Notes: generated by a model from the letters alone, not told the origin. DNA of 27,376 nt from a virus (IMGVR_UViG_3300033109_000112:1-27376); one strand, 5' to 3'; counted from the first letter of the stretch, positions 1-9,258 are shown. Translations and numbers: made by a program.

Positions 1-1194
1 ATGCCCCAACTCACGGATGTGGCTACACGCACTGCAAAACCCTCAGATAAAACCCAACGATTGTACGATGGCGGCGGGTTGTATCTCGAAATTACACCGG
101 CAGGTGGCAAGTATTGGCGGTTTAAATATCAATTTGCAGGCAAGGAAAAACGTCTCGCACTAGGTGTATATCCAGCGGTATCACTCAAGGCGGCACGTGA
201 TGCACGCGATGAGGCGCGCACGCAATTACAGCGTGGCAGCGACCCGGCTGCATTGAAAAAAACACGCAAGGCGCGCCAGGTGCTGGAAAACAACAACACC
301 TTTGAGCACATCGCCCACGCCTGGTTTGAAAAAGCCTATGCCGACAAAGCCGATATCACACGCCAAAAAGTCACTACGCGCTTGCAGCAGGATGTGTACC
401 CATGGCTTGGCTGGATGCCGGTGGCCGACATTAAACCCAGCGACATCATTAGTGTGATCACACGCATCGAGCAACGCGGCGCGGTAGATCTGGCAGCACG
501 CACGTTCAATTATATTCAACGCATACTGCAATACGCCGACACGCTCGAACTGGTGCCGCGTGATGTATCGGCCAGCATTGATATCAGCCTGGTGCTGAGC
601 AAGCGCAGCGTCAAACACCACGCCGCCATTACCAGTCCAGCCGAAGTGCATGCCATGATGCGCGCCATACAGGGATTCACCGGCAGCTATATCACGCGCT
701 GCGCCTTGCTGATGTCGGCCTACACATTTGTGCGACCCGGCGAGCTACGCCATGCTGCGTGGGCTGATATTAATCTGGATGATGCGCTGTGGATCATTCC
801 TGCCGCAAAAATGAAAATGGGCGCTGATCATGTGGTACCACTGGCCACACAAGCCGTGGCTGTGTTACGTGAGTTACACCGCCTCACGGGGTCAGGGGAT
901 TTTGTATTCCCGTCTGAACGCAGCCGGCAACGCCCCATGAGCGAAAACACCGTAAACGCGGCCCTGCGCCGCATGGGTTACACCAAAGACGAAATGACCG
1001 CCCATGGCTTTCGCGCTACAGCCCGCACGCTACTGGATGAGCTACTGGGATTCAGGCCGGATTTTATTGAGCACCAGCTGGCGCACGCCGTGCGCGACCC
1101 GAATGGCCGCGCCTATAACCGCACAGCCCACCTGGAGGAACGCCGCAAGATGATGCAGGTGTGGGCGGATTGGCTAGAAGTTACGAAGGGTTGA
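1..1194 (+). CDS. int: P4-family tyrosine recombinase (integrase)
   Basis: N-terminal arm-binding domain (DGGGLYLEITPAGGKYWRFKYQFAGKEKRLALGVYP); catalytic R (VRPGELR), K (KMKM), HGFR, H (QLAH), Y (RAYNR). Confidence 0.96.
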   Translation: MPQLTDVATRTAKPSDKTQRLYDGGGLYLEITPAGGKYWRFKYQFAGKEKRLALGVYPAVSLKAARDARDEARTQLQRGSDPAALKKTRKARQVLENNNTFEHIAHAWFEKAYADKADITRQKVTTRLQQDVYPWLGWMPVADIKPSDIISVITRIEQRGAVDLAARTFNYIQRILQYADTLELVPRDVSASIDISLVLSKRSVKHHAAITSPAEVHAMMRAIQGFTGSYITRCALLMSAYTFVRPGELRHAAWADINLDDALWIIPAAKMKMGADHVVPLATQAVAVLRELHRLTGSGDFVFPSERSRQRPMSENTVNAALRRMGYTKDEMTAHGFRATARTLLDELLGFRPDFIEHQLAHAVRDPNGRAYNRTAHLEERRKMMQVWADWLEVTKG

Positions 1195-1198
1195 AATT

Positions 1199-1227
1199 TT
1201 GAATCACGCCCCAATATTCTCTACGTT
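1199..1227 (+). promoter_or_regulatory. Putative sigma70 promoter for the small ORF at 1291
   Basis: TTGAAT (1199-1204), 17 bp, TACGTT (1222-1227); alternative TTGAAA (1191-1196), 18 bp, TATTCT (1215-1220). Confidence 0.4.
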
Positions 1228-1290
1228 GCCATGTGGTAACAACGGCTGCGTCAACAGCCGTCACAATCACCTTAGAGAGGAAATATACAA

Positions 1291-1431
1291 ATGACAAAAA
1301 GCAGGAAAATTGGCCGCGACGCTATTACGGGTCGCATTATATCGGTGGAGGATGCTAAGCGCGATCCAAAACATTCGGTCGTAGAGACTATCAAAACCGG
1401 TAGTAAAGGTAAAGGCGGCAAGAAGAGGTAA
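1291..1431 (+). CDS. Small basic protein, 46 aa (GRDAxTGR-type), below the ORF-track cutoff
   Basis: Manual translation MTKSRKIGRDAITGRIISVEDAKRDPKHSVVETIKTGSKGKGGKKR*; AGAGAGGA RBS upstream; followed by a hairpin; resembles a recurrent small hypothetical family (from memory). Confidence 0.8.
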   Translation: MTKSRKIGRDAITGRIISVEDAKRDPKHSVVETIKTGSKGKGGKKR

Positions 1432-1462
1432 ACATAAAACTGCCCGGTTGAGCGCCGGGCAG
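1430..1462 (-). terminator. Intrinsic terminator between convergent genes, possibly bidirectional
   Basis: Perfect 8-bp stem CTGCCCGG-ttgagcg-CCGGGCAG (1440-1462), followed on the minus strand by TTTTATGTTT. Confidence 0.75.
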
Positions 1463-1473
1463 CCTCTATAAAA

Positions 1474-1815
1474 TCATGAGTTGATATAGACCAAAATAGC
1501 GAATCCGCAAACCACACAAATGGCTGACACAAGTTCTGGGTAAAGCTTTAAACGAGATGGGCGTAAACTTAACAGAATGCCAAAGAAAAAGCCTTTCCAG
1601 TTACCGCGAAGCCCGGCCAGCCATGCGCCGAATTCATCGTGATTTCCTTTGGCATGATATTGCTCATGCGCCAAAACAGATGCCTGAACACATTTTGGCA
1701 AATCATTTCTAATGTAAATTTTAGGCTCTGCGCCTGAAAAGTGTTGAGTAACACCGAAATAATCGCCTCGAAACCGAGCAAACATTTCAAATTTAGATAG
1801 ATATATTATTTGCAT
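1474..1815 (-). CDS. Small HEXXH (zincin/ImmA-IrrE-like) protein with hydrophobic C-terminus
   Basis: IYIRNDLP...SVLAHEQYH...DE motif; C-terminal LVSAICVVCGFAILVYI; starts 6 bp after the tail fibre stop. Confidence 0.6.
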   Translation of the reverse strand: MQIIYLSKFEMFARFRGDYFGVTQHFSGAEPKIYIRNDLPKCVQASVLAHEQYHAKGNHDEFGAWLAGLRGNWKGFFFGILLSLRPSRLKLYPELVSAICVVCGFAILVYINS

Positions 1816-1821
1816 ATTTTG

Positions 1822-2541
1822 CTAGCTCTTGCGTGTCACGTAGGCGACTAATTTACCTACACCATTCGTGGAGTCCCCGCCAGAAGAGGAGGCGTTTAAA
1901 ACCATCTCTACGGCGGCAGCTGATGTGACCCTAAATTCACCTCGTGATTTCAAATTCCAGGTCGGAGTATCTGCAGTGTACACAAATAAGATATTTGGCA
2001 TCTCACTACCATAACCGTCCAAATACTCAACTGTACCAGAGGCTATATCAATTCTGGCGCTCACAAGGCCATTGCCTGTTTTAATCCCTTGAACCCACCA
2101 CTGAAAATGTATTAAATCACCAACCTGTAACGCACCTAAATTCAAACGCTGAAGCTCAGTCAACGTAGATGTGATCGTTTTTGAAGCCACAAAAGGCGCC
2201 TTACTCCAATCAACCACTCGATTTTCAACCGTTGTTGTTAAACCTAATGTGTTTCTGGCCGCTGCTTGAGTTGTGTCGTCCAATAGGTTTTGCATAAATG
2301 CAGTAACACCAAGTCTGGACAGCGTAATTTTGGCAGTAATCGCGGCCAGCAACTGGTTGCGTGTCAGTTTATCCAGCGCAATAGATTCACTCGCAATGAC
2401 ATTCACGATTTCTTCTTGCACTGCATTTAACCAATCCGCTTCAACGATGGTTTGCGATTGGAAATATCCATTCGGCTGAGGGCCAACCGCTTGCGGTGTA
2501 GGCAATGTGGGAGCGCTGGTGGCATTATCAACACGATGCAT
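1822..2541 (-). CDS. Short tail fibre protein with Mu-like N-terminal baseplate anchor
   Basis: MHRVD...ADWLNAVQEEIVNVI...QLLAAI anchor; AFMQNLLDDTTQAAARNTLGL fibre-type motif; beta-rich C-terminus; follows the gp48-like gene. Confidence 0.8.
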   Translation of the reverse strand: MHRVDNATSAPTLPTPQAVGPQPNGYFQSQTIVEADWLNAVQEEIVNVIASESIALDKLTRNQLLAAITAKITLSRLGVTAFMQNLLDDTTQAAARNTLGLTTTVENRVVDWSKAPFVASKTITSTLTELQRLNLGALQVGDLIHFQWWVQGIKTGNGLVSARIDIASGTVEYLDGYGSEMPNILFVYTADTPTWNLKSRGEFRVTSAAAVEMVLNASSSGGDSTNGVGKLVAYVTRKS

Positions 2542-2549
2542 AAATCACC

Positions 2550-3080
2550 TCAAATATAATTAAATGTGACACTGGTATGCGCAGGTTTCAGAGCCTGCAT
2601 CACGCATTCCAGAAGGTTGTTCAGCGATTGAACCAGTGGATCGCCTGCTACAGACACACTGGCACGAAAATACACCGCATTCACATCGAGCGCGGCATTG
2701 ATCTGCCACACAAAATTCGGCAGCTCGGTAATAGTTATGGTAAAACCCATGCGCGCAGCAATATTAATAAAAAACGCGCGCGATAAACTGCGCTCAATGG
2801 TGAGCACGCCCATTAATGCATTGTGGCGCTGTTGCAAGGTACTTAGCTCACCGGTACAGGCATGCGGCAAGCCTGCTACACGTTCCCAATCGGGAAGCAA
2901 CTCAACTGATGTGTCCGGGTATGCTTCCAGCAGCAGGTTTTCAGCACGTGCATCAATGCGCGCCAGCTCTTCAGCCAGGGCGTCGAGCAAATTGGCAAAC
3001 GCACTATCCACTTGCGATTGCCACAGCACGCCGGGTGGCAACAGCGACTGTAATTGTTTTTTATAATCGTCTTTAATCAT
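2550..3080 (-). CDS. Baseplate protein, Mu gp48/YmfQ (DUF2313)-like
   Basis: YKKQLQSLLPPG, ELLPDWERVAGLP, LECVMQALKPAHT motifs; synteny. Confidence 0.9.
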   Translation of the reverse strand: MIKDDYKKQLQSLLPPGVLWQSQVDSAFANLLDALAEELARIDARAENLLLEAYPDTSVELLPDWERVAGLPHACTGELSTLQQRHNALMGVLTIERSLSRAFFINIAARMGFTITITELPNFVWQINAALDVNAVYFRASVSVAGDPLVQSLNNLLECVMQALKPAHTSVTFNYI

Positions 3081-4144
3081 TAGCTGAATGTAATCGTGCC
3101 CATGGTTGCAATCTGGTTGGCTGTGTGCGTAATGTCAGCAGAGGGCGCGGTCAGCGTGTAATCGGTTTCGCCCGCCGCCAGACTGATGGCTTCGCGAATG
3201 CGGCTGATGCGAATAACGCCACCGGGTGCACTGTCGCGTAAAATCATATCTTTCAGTTCGGCTGTCACGGCGTCGCGCACTGTTTGCGTGTTGGGCGAAA
3301 CTGTCATGGTAAAATTAATGGGCGCCGCCACCGGCGCAACAGTGGTAAAACCACCCACCGCAATTGCCACCGGCCGCAAGGCATCAATGTAATTCTGCAC
3401 CGCCGTCACATCACCCGCCTGGGGAATGCCATTGTCATAATTGTTATCCATCATGAAGCGCACTTTCACGGTGCCGGCACCGTCTTCCAACGGATAACAC
3501 CAGGCGCGAGTCACACCAGCTACCTCAAGCGCCCAGGCCACATAATCTGCCGCCGCACCACCTTGCGGCGGATTCTGAATACGCTGCAGCAAACGGCTGC
3601 GCAGGGCATCATCGGTTTCGGTATCCGCGCCACCCGTTAAACCGCCCGCCGCTACCGTGGCGGTAGCATCCACACCCGCCACCGGCACCACCAGCGAGAG
3701 CTGGCCGCTGGCCGCATAATTGCCAGTCACGCCGCCCGCCACTTCCACTGCCGAGGTGGTGGCCGTGCCACTGGCAATACTGACCAGCGCAGTGGTTTTG
3801 TATTGCACGCCATCGGCGCGCGCCAGCAAGGTACCCACCGGAATGCTGCTGCCGTTCACGCCGGTAAACGTTACATTGCCGGTGGCAGGCGTGGCGGCTT
3901 TGCGCAGCACACCCCAAATAGCGGCCCAGCGATCCAGGTATTCTGCCTCGCAGGTATCAATAATCACCTGCCTGGCTATCCAGTCGAGATAACCGTACAT
4001 GCCGTGTGCCGCCGCACCGTGCACATGCGCCAGCACATTCAGGTTGCTATAAGGCAATCGGGCATCGGCACCTGGCAGGCGCGCATTGATGTCAGCAATA
4101 ACGCGATCAACCAGTGTGCGCAGCGTGGGGCGGGAAAACGACAT
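3080..4144 (-). CDS. Baseplate wedge J / Mu gp47-like
   Basis: MSFSRPTL start (TAATG overlap at 4144); GGADTETDDALRSRLL, PQGGAAADYVAWA motifs. Confidence 0.93.
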   Translation of the reverse strand: MSFSRPTLRTLVDRVIADINARLPGADARLPYSNLNVLAHVHGAAAHGMYGYLDWIARQVIIDTCEAEYLDRWAAIWGVLRKAATPATGNVTFTGVNGSSIPVGTLLARADGVQYKTTALVSIASGTATTSAVEVAGGVTGNYAASGQLSLVVPVAGVDATATVAAGGLTGGADTETDDALRSRLLQRIQNPPQGGAAADYVAWALEVAGVTRAWCYPLEDGAGTVKVRFMMDNNYDNGIPQAGDVTAVQNYIDALRPVAIAVGGFTTVAPVAAPINFTMTVSPNTQTVRDAVTAELKDMILRDSAPGGVIRISRIREAISLAAGETDYTLTAPSADITHTANQIATMGTITFS

Positions 4145-4602
4145 TAATTCCTCACAGTCGTGGCGCCTTGCCACGCAAATTCAAAACGGTAGCGCGCGGG
4201 CGGCGTATTGTTGCGCGACACCTCAACTACCAATCCCAGTACGCCGGCGCGGGCGATGCCGGCCTGTACCTGCACGTTGCGCGCAACACCCTCGGTTACA
4301 AGCCAGGCCAGCGCCTCTTCGGCGTATTCGCGCGCGCGGCGCACCACATCATTCAGTTGCTTTTCACGGCCAAGTAGCCACAGGCGTGAGCCAATCTGGC
4401 GGCCCATCATGGCATCGGCCCACCAGCCACGTTTGCTGCCGCGCGGATCGGGCAGCGCATCGCCCTCATCGGCTCTGCGATCGGTGAACAAAGAAATCAT
4501 CACCGCAGTTTTAATATCGTGTTCAGCCGCCAGCGCACCATTCAACAACTGGTAATCGAATTCAGTGCCAGTGATATCGGTAAAAAATTCAATGTCTGCC
4601 AT
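4144..4602 (-). CDS. Mu gp46-like baseplate protein
   Basis: TAVMISLFTDRRA, RGWWAD, GSRLWLL.REK, AREYAEEALAWL motifs. Confidence 0.93.
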   Translation of the reverse strand: MADIEFFTDITGTEFDYQLLNGALAAEHDIKTAVMISLFTDRRADEGDALPDPRGSKRGWWADAMMGRQIGSRLWLLGREKQLNDVVRRAREYAEEALAWLVTEGVARNVQVQAGIARAGVLGLVVEVSRNNTPPARYRFEFAWQGATTVRN

Positions 4603-5166
4603 TTACATTTGCCCCGCTGCCGGGCCAACGCTGCCACCCTGTGGATCGGTATGAGCATGCGCGTTATAAACCGTGCGCATCGCCAACATGGATTTATTAC
4701 CGTGGTCACTCACATCACCCTGCGCCACTACATTTCCTTGCACATTCAAGTTGCCGCTCACGTTGGCGGTGTTTGCGGTGATGTTCAGTGTGGTGGTGAC
4801 AATATCAATCACGTGGTTGCGTTTGAGGTGGATCTTGTCGCCCTCATCGGTGTACAAAGCCACTTCGCCGCCCTGTAAACCTTTCAGCCGGTAGCGGCGA
4901 TCATCCACCGCAATAACCAGGCCGTGATCACGCGTGCCGCCCACGCATACCACCACCGCTTCGGCACCCGGTTTGGGCACCGAGGTAAAACCGTATTCCT
5001 GAATGCGCTCCACGTTATCGTGGATTTCATCGGCCATCAGCTGCACCTGGACGGTTTGAATATTGCCGCTGTCCTGGATGGCGGTGAGAATGGCGCGGCC
5101 CACCATCAGGCGCGCGCGGGTGCGCAAATCTTCGGTGAGTGCTGCAATCATTTGCGCCAGATTCAT
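4603..5166 (-). CDS. Baseplate spike (Mu gp45 / gpV)
   Basis: QEYGFTSVP, DDRRYR, GEVALY motifs; C-terminal HAH (HxH) metal-binding tip. Confidence 0.93.
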   Translation of the reverse strand: MNLAQMIAALTEDLRTRARLMVGRAILTAIQDSGNIQTVQVQLMADEIHDNVERIQEYGFTSVPKPGAEAVVVCVGGTRDHGLVIAVDDRRYRLKGLQGGEVALYTDEGDKIHLKRNHVIDIVTTTLNITANTANVSGNLNVQGNVVAQGDVSDHGNKSMLAMRTVYNAHAHTDPQGGSVGPAAGQM

Positions 5167-6251
5167 GCGCCAACCACCTTGTAGGTGTTGTCAGCCGGAT
5201 CCGGGATCTCGGGCAATACATCAAATGCCGTATCCGGCACCAGCGACAACACGGCCAGACTGCCACTGTCGCTCAATTGATACTCCACCGCCGCAACCAG
5301 CAACCAGCCATCCACGCGCAGCCATGGGCAACGCACGCGCACACGCTGGTTAATACGCCACACGCTGCCGTCATCCTGCCGCCAGCCCTGCACGGTAATG
5401 TTCACGGTATGTGCCCGCGCTTCGCGGTTGCCCGCTTCCCATTCGGCACGCTGCTGGCAGCGTGTGGCATCGGCATTGCTCTCGGCCACGATAATCAAGG
5501 GGCGATAACGCGCCACCTGACTACCGCGCACACTGGCCGTGGTACCACGCTCCACGCTGCCGCTGGGTGACGCCTGCGCCAGATCAAATTGCGCGGCCTC
5601 GGCGGCAGACCCCTGCCCTTTCACGGTGATTTTCGAAAATAAGCCTGTGTGATTTTTATTGCCGCTGGCGCGTAAAATGTTGCGGCCAAAATCCAGCACG
5701 GTGGTGCTATCGCCACCGGTACCGGCGCGGGTAATGAGCAAACCGCCCACACCATCCGATACCAGTAGCGCACCTTCGGCGCGCGCCAAACGCTCCAGCA
5801 CGCGAAAAACACTCTCGCCATTTTGCACGGATGCCTTGGTGATTTTTTTACCTGCCGGCAAAGTGCTGCGCACAGCAATGTTGAACGGCGCGCACACGCG
5901 ATTGGCAATGTCTGTAAATGTTAAACCGGACAACGAATCCGAAGGCGCGGAACAATCTACCAGGTCACCGGTGCGATCACGGCCGGTCACGCGCAGGCTG
6001 TGACTGGCCTGATCGTAATCCACATCCACCGCATCCACATACCCGGTGATTACCACGTCATCACCAATGCTGATTTCACAGGCTTCGCCAGGCGGAATAG
6101 CCCAGTCTACCGGCCGGCCGGGCCAGCGCTCGGTGATCGCCAGATCAAAACTGCCGGCAATTTGATCCATGGCCGTGCGCACCGACACCGATTTCCAGCC
6201 GTTATAAATCTGGCCGCCGACGCGCAAGGTGAGCAGGGTGTCGGCGCTCAT
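5163..6251 (-). CDS. Baseplate hub (Mu gpP/gp44-like)
   Basis: YNGWKSVSV, ITGYVD, GRDRTGDLVDCS, RYRPLII, VQGWRQ..G.VW.IN motifs. Confidence 0.93.
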   Translation of the reverse strand: MSADTLLTLRVGGQIYNGWKSVSVRTAMDQIAGSFDLAITERWPGRPVDWAIPPGEACEISIGDDVVITGYVDAVDVDYDQASHSLRVTGRDRTGDLVDCSAPSDSLSGLTFTDIANRVCAPFNIAVRSTLPAGKKITKASVQNGESVFRVLERLARAEGALLVSDGVGGLLITRAGTGGDSTTVLDFGRNILRASGNKNHTGLFSKITVKGQGSAAEAAQFDLAQASPSGSVERGTTASVRGSQVARYRPLIIVAESNADATRCQQRAEWEAGNREARAHTVNITVQGWRQDDGSVWRINQRVRVRCPWLRVDGWLLVAAVEYQLSDSGSLAVLSLVPDTAFDVLPEIPDPADNTYKVVGA

Positions 6252-7429
6252 GCAGGCAATACCATATGCATGTCACGGCCTGCCGGCACAAACAACGGAT
6301 GCCGCACATGGTTGCGGCGAATCACCTCGGCTTCACGGTCCTGTTCCAGCCAGGCATCACCATACAGCGCATGCGCATGCACCAGCGCGGGCAGCTCGGT
6401 TTGCGGGCGCAGGGTCAGCAATTTTGGCAAGGTGATTTGCGTGCGAATAAAATGCGCCGCCGCCAGGGTGCGCAGCTGCAACATAGCATCCACCGTGGCG
6501 GGTGCGGAGGTGGTGTCAAACATCACGTCATCCACGCGTAGCAGAATTTCGGTTTGAGCCGCCCGTGCATCATCGAGCGATGCATGATCTGTCAACGCGA
6601 GATTCACCACCTGCTGTGCCGTGGCCAGATGCTGCACCAGGTTGTGCAGCGCCACGCGGTTGCTCTCGGTTTTGGTGCGCACCACACCCGCGCCGGGTGT
6701 CACTGTCGGGTCATTGTTATCGTCGCCATCCAGTAGCAAGCCCAGGTTGTCCATATTACCCATGAGCGCAATCACGCCATTGGCGAAATCAATCGGGTTG
6801 CCCAGCGCAGCCTGAATATTTTCGGGCAACAACGCATTGAGCGCCGTCAGCGGATCGGAGCGGATCCATTCATATTGCTGAATGCCGATTTGCAACTGCT
6901 GTAATAAATCGTTAGCAAAATCCAGCGCGTCCTGCAGGGCAAAATCATTCACGTCATCGAGGGAAAAGGACTCGGAAAAGTCCTGTGCAATGGTGGCATT
7001 GCAGGCATCGAGCTGATTGGTCAGCTCGCCCTCGGTATCGGTTTGCGCGCCCGGTTCATTTTGTTCGCCCGCTTCAACAAACGTGAGCGAAAACTTGACC
7101 ATGCCGCCATGCTGGTTCGACTCGGAAATCTGGCAATCCGATACCGTAACATTCACTGTGCCGTAATACGGATGCACCAGCAAACCAGCACCAGCTTTTT
7201 CGATCTCAAGTATCAGCTGATCGCGCCCCTGCATGTAATCCGCGCCCAGTATGTAGGCATCCACTTTATACTCGCGCGCCTTACGCCCCATGTCTTCCAT
7301 CCAGGGCGTGTCGCGTTGCGGGTATTCATGCCGCGCCAGACGCCGGCCAATGGCTGTGGTCGCGGCCTCCACCTGAAAAACGATGCCGCGAAAACTGGCG
7401 ATAGAAAGTTGATCGCGCCAGGCCATCAT
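6248..7429 (-). CDS. Mu gpN/gp43-like DNA circularization (tail) protein
   Basis: WRDQLSIASFRGIVF, HEYPQRD.PWMEDMG, LVHPYYG, RNHVRHPLFVP motifs. Confidence 0.92.
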   Translation of the reverse strand: MMAWRDQLSIASFRGIVFQVEAATTAIGRRLARHEYPQRDTPWMEDMGRKAREYKVDAYILGADYMQGRDQLILEIEKAGAGLLVHPYYGTVNVTVSDCQISESNQHGGMVKFSLTFVEAGEQNEPGAQTDTEGELTNQLDACNATIAQDFSESFSLDDVNDFALQDALDFANDLLQQLQIGIQQYEWIRSDPLTALNALLPENIQAALGNPIDFANGVIALMGNMDNLGLLLDGDDNNDPTVTPGAGVVRTKTESNRVALHNLVQHLATAQQVVNLALTDHASLDDARAAQTEILLRVDDVMFDTTSAPATVDAMLQLRTLAAAHFIRTQITLPKLLTLRPQTELPALVHAHALYGDAWLEQDREAEVIRRNHVRHPLFVPAGRDMHMVLPA

Positions 7430-8985
7430 CCACCCGCCATCACTAAACCGGTGGAGACATCAAACCGGGTTTGTCCTGCGCCTGATTTCATTTCGGTGAC
7501 GCGCGGGCGGCCTTCGCTGTCAATCTTGATGCGCAGCGTGTTGTCAATTTGCTGTTTATTGCCCGCTGCTTGCGCAGCGGTAATAGGCGTGACGGCTGAC
7601 GCAAACTGGTTGGCAAAATTTAAGCCCTGCAAATTTTTCACAGCATCCAGATCGCGTACAAACGGGATAGATTTAATAATGCCAAGAATGCCATTGGCCA
7701 AACCCTGCCACATTTCCAGCCAGGCCTGAAAAAGTCCTGCAAAAAAATTCACTTCAAAAACGGATTTAATGCGTTGCCATGCACCTGAAATAGTGGCCAC
7801 AATGGCGTCCCAGTTTTCATACACCACCGTGCCCAGCCAGATAAAGATTGCCGCCAGTGCAGCAATGGCCAGGCCAACTGGACCCAGCGCCGCCACAACC
7901 GCCGCGCCCAGGCCATATAAAGACGTCGTGAGCGAAATCACCGAGACGATCAAGGGCGCCATAGCCAGACCAATTGCCAGAAAAACCGTGACAGTCGGCC
8001 CAAGAATATGACCCAGCGTTTTAAAAACCGAGGCAATACCACTGAAAATATCCCACACTACCTGCGCCGCTTTCCAGACGTTTTCAAGAATGCCAGGCAG
8101 GTGTTGGATAAATGTTGCAAATTTGTCACGCACCAGCTCACGATTGGCCAACAACCATTTGCGCGTGGCGTCAATAATCGGCATCAGCGCATTGGCCAGA
8201 TCCATGCCCAGGGTATTTTTAATGCCGTCGAACGCACCGGTGGCGCGCTTCCATGCCTTGTCAAAAGCATCCGCTTGCTGGATGTGCTCATCGGTAAACA
8301 AGCGGCCATCGGCACGCATGTCGGCATAACGCTGGCGCACGGCATCGCCACCCTGATTCATCACATCCATAAATGCCGTGGCGCGTTCGCCCATTAATTT
8401 GGTCAGCACGGCATGTTTGGCGTTTTCGTTATTCGATGCCTTGAAGGCGTCGGCCATGCGCAGCATCACGTCTTCCGGTTTCATGTTCTGTAACTGTTGC
8501 ACGCTGATGCCGATGCCGTCGAAGGCCGCAACATATTGAGCGCTGCCAGCTATAGCTTCATTCATCGCGCCACGCAGCTTGCCGATGCCTTTGGCGGCGC
8601 TGTCCATGTCACCGCCCGCCTCTTCCACCAGGCCACCCCATACCTGAATAGACGTGGTGGCTACCTGGTAGCGCGCGGCCAGATCACCCACTTTATCAAT
8701 GGCGTCCACGGCCGAGGTTGCGAATTTCATCAGGCCAAAGCCAGCGCCACCCACGGCCACGGTAAATGCCGCAAAGGTTTTGGTGCCGTCTTTCACGCCG
8801 TTAAAGGCTTTATTTACCCGATCCAGAGAAGGCTTCATTTGTTCGGTAAACAAACCCAATGCCTGGGAAACCTGCGAGGTTTTTTGCATTTGTTTGTTAA
8901 AGGCTTCGAGGCGCACGCTCATGTTCAGCAGCGGGCCTGAGAGTTTGTCCAGCGCAGTGATAACAATTTGTGCTTGAGCGGCCAT
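7426..8985 (-). CDS. Tail tape measure protein
   Basis: Ala-rich helical sequence with a central hydrophobic segment; position between chaperone and gpN-like gene. Confidence 0.88.
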   Translation of the reverse strand: MAAQAQIVITALDKLSGPLLNMSVRLEAFNKQMQKTSQVSQALGLFTEQMKPSLDRVNKAFNGVKDGTKTFAAFTVAVGGAGFGLMKFATSAVDAIDKVGDLAARYQVATTSIQVWGGLVEEAGGDMDSAAKGIGKLRGAMNEAIAGSAQYVAAFDGIGISVQQLQNMKPEDVMLRMADAFKASNNENAKHAVLTKLMGERATAFMDVMNQGGDAVRQRYADMRADGRLFTDEHIQQADAFDKAWKRATGAFDGIKNTLGMDLANALMPIIDATRKWLLANRELVRDKFATFIQHLPGILENVWKAAQVVWDIFSGIASVFKTLGHILGPTVTVFLAIGLAMAPLIVSVISLTTSLYGLGAAVVAALGPVGLAIAALAAIFIWLGTVVYENWDAIVATISGAWQRIKSVFEVNFFAGLFQAWLEMWQGLANGILGIIKSIPFVRDLDAVKNLQGLNFANQFASAVTPITAAQAAGNKQQIDNTLRIKIDSEGRPRVTEMKSGAGQTRFDVSTGLVMAGG

Positions 8986-8986
8986 A

Positions 8987-9015
8987 TTGATTTCTTCTTA
9001 ATTGGAGTCCATGCT
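8987..9015 (+). promoter_or_regulatory. Putative sigma70 promoter for the antisense membrane-protein gene (probably leaderless mRNA)
   Basis: TTGATT (8987-8992), 17 bp, CATGCT (9010-9015), then 6 nt to ATG 9022. Confidence 0.4.
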
Positions 9016-9021
9016 TATTGC

Positions 9022-9258
9022 ATGTCACACATCACATCCGCACTCACTCGCCACGGCAGCTGGTTACTGGCTGGCGTCATGCTGTATGCCGTGCTGTTAC
9101 GCGCCACAGCGCAGGCACATTGGGCACTGCGCGCAGTGGGCATACTGCTATTGCTGGTCCTGCCGTTCATGGCTGTTAATGCCCTGTTGCAAACCGATCT
9201 GAACACCTGGTGGATGTTCGCGCCGCTGATCCTCACGGCGTGGGTGCCTAAGCCTTAA
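9022..9258 (+). CDS. Small membrane protein (moron) antisense to the tail operon
   Basis: 78 aa MSHITSALTRHGSWLLAGVMLYAVLL...; 2-3 hydrophobic segments; fills the gap between chaperone and tape measure; start chosen at ATG 9022. Confidence 0.65.
   Translation: MSHITSALTRHGSWLLAGVMLYAVLLRATAQAHWALRAVGILLLLVLPFMAVNALLQTDLNTWWMFAPLILTAWVPKP

Noticed and set aside
1-1290. att site or tRNA target near the integrase
   Set aside because: Window starts at the integrase ATG; no tRNA-like sequence or duplicated core was identified, so att probably lies upstream of base 1
1272-1532. 86-aa minus-strand ORF
   Set aside because: Runs through the terminator hairpin and is antisense to the better-supported 46-aa + strand gene with RBS
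1195-2541. Diversity-generating retroelement or invertible tail-fibre cassette
   Set aside because: No reverse transcriptase, invertase, duplicated fibre segment or flanking inverted sites seen in the window
9002-9202. 66-aa + strand ORF using the GGAG at 9004 and ATG 9011
   Set aside because: Cys-rich, implausible sequence and only 3 nt RBS spacing; the overlapping hydrophobic frame from 9022 is more credible
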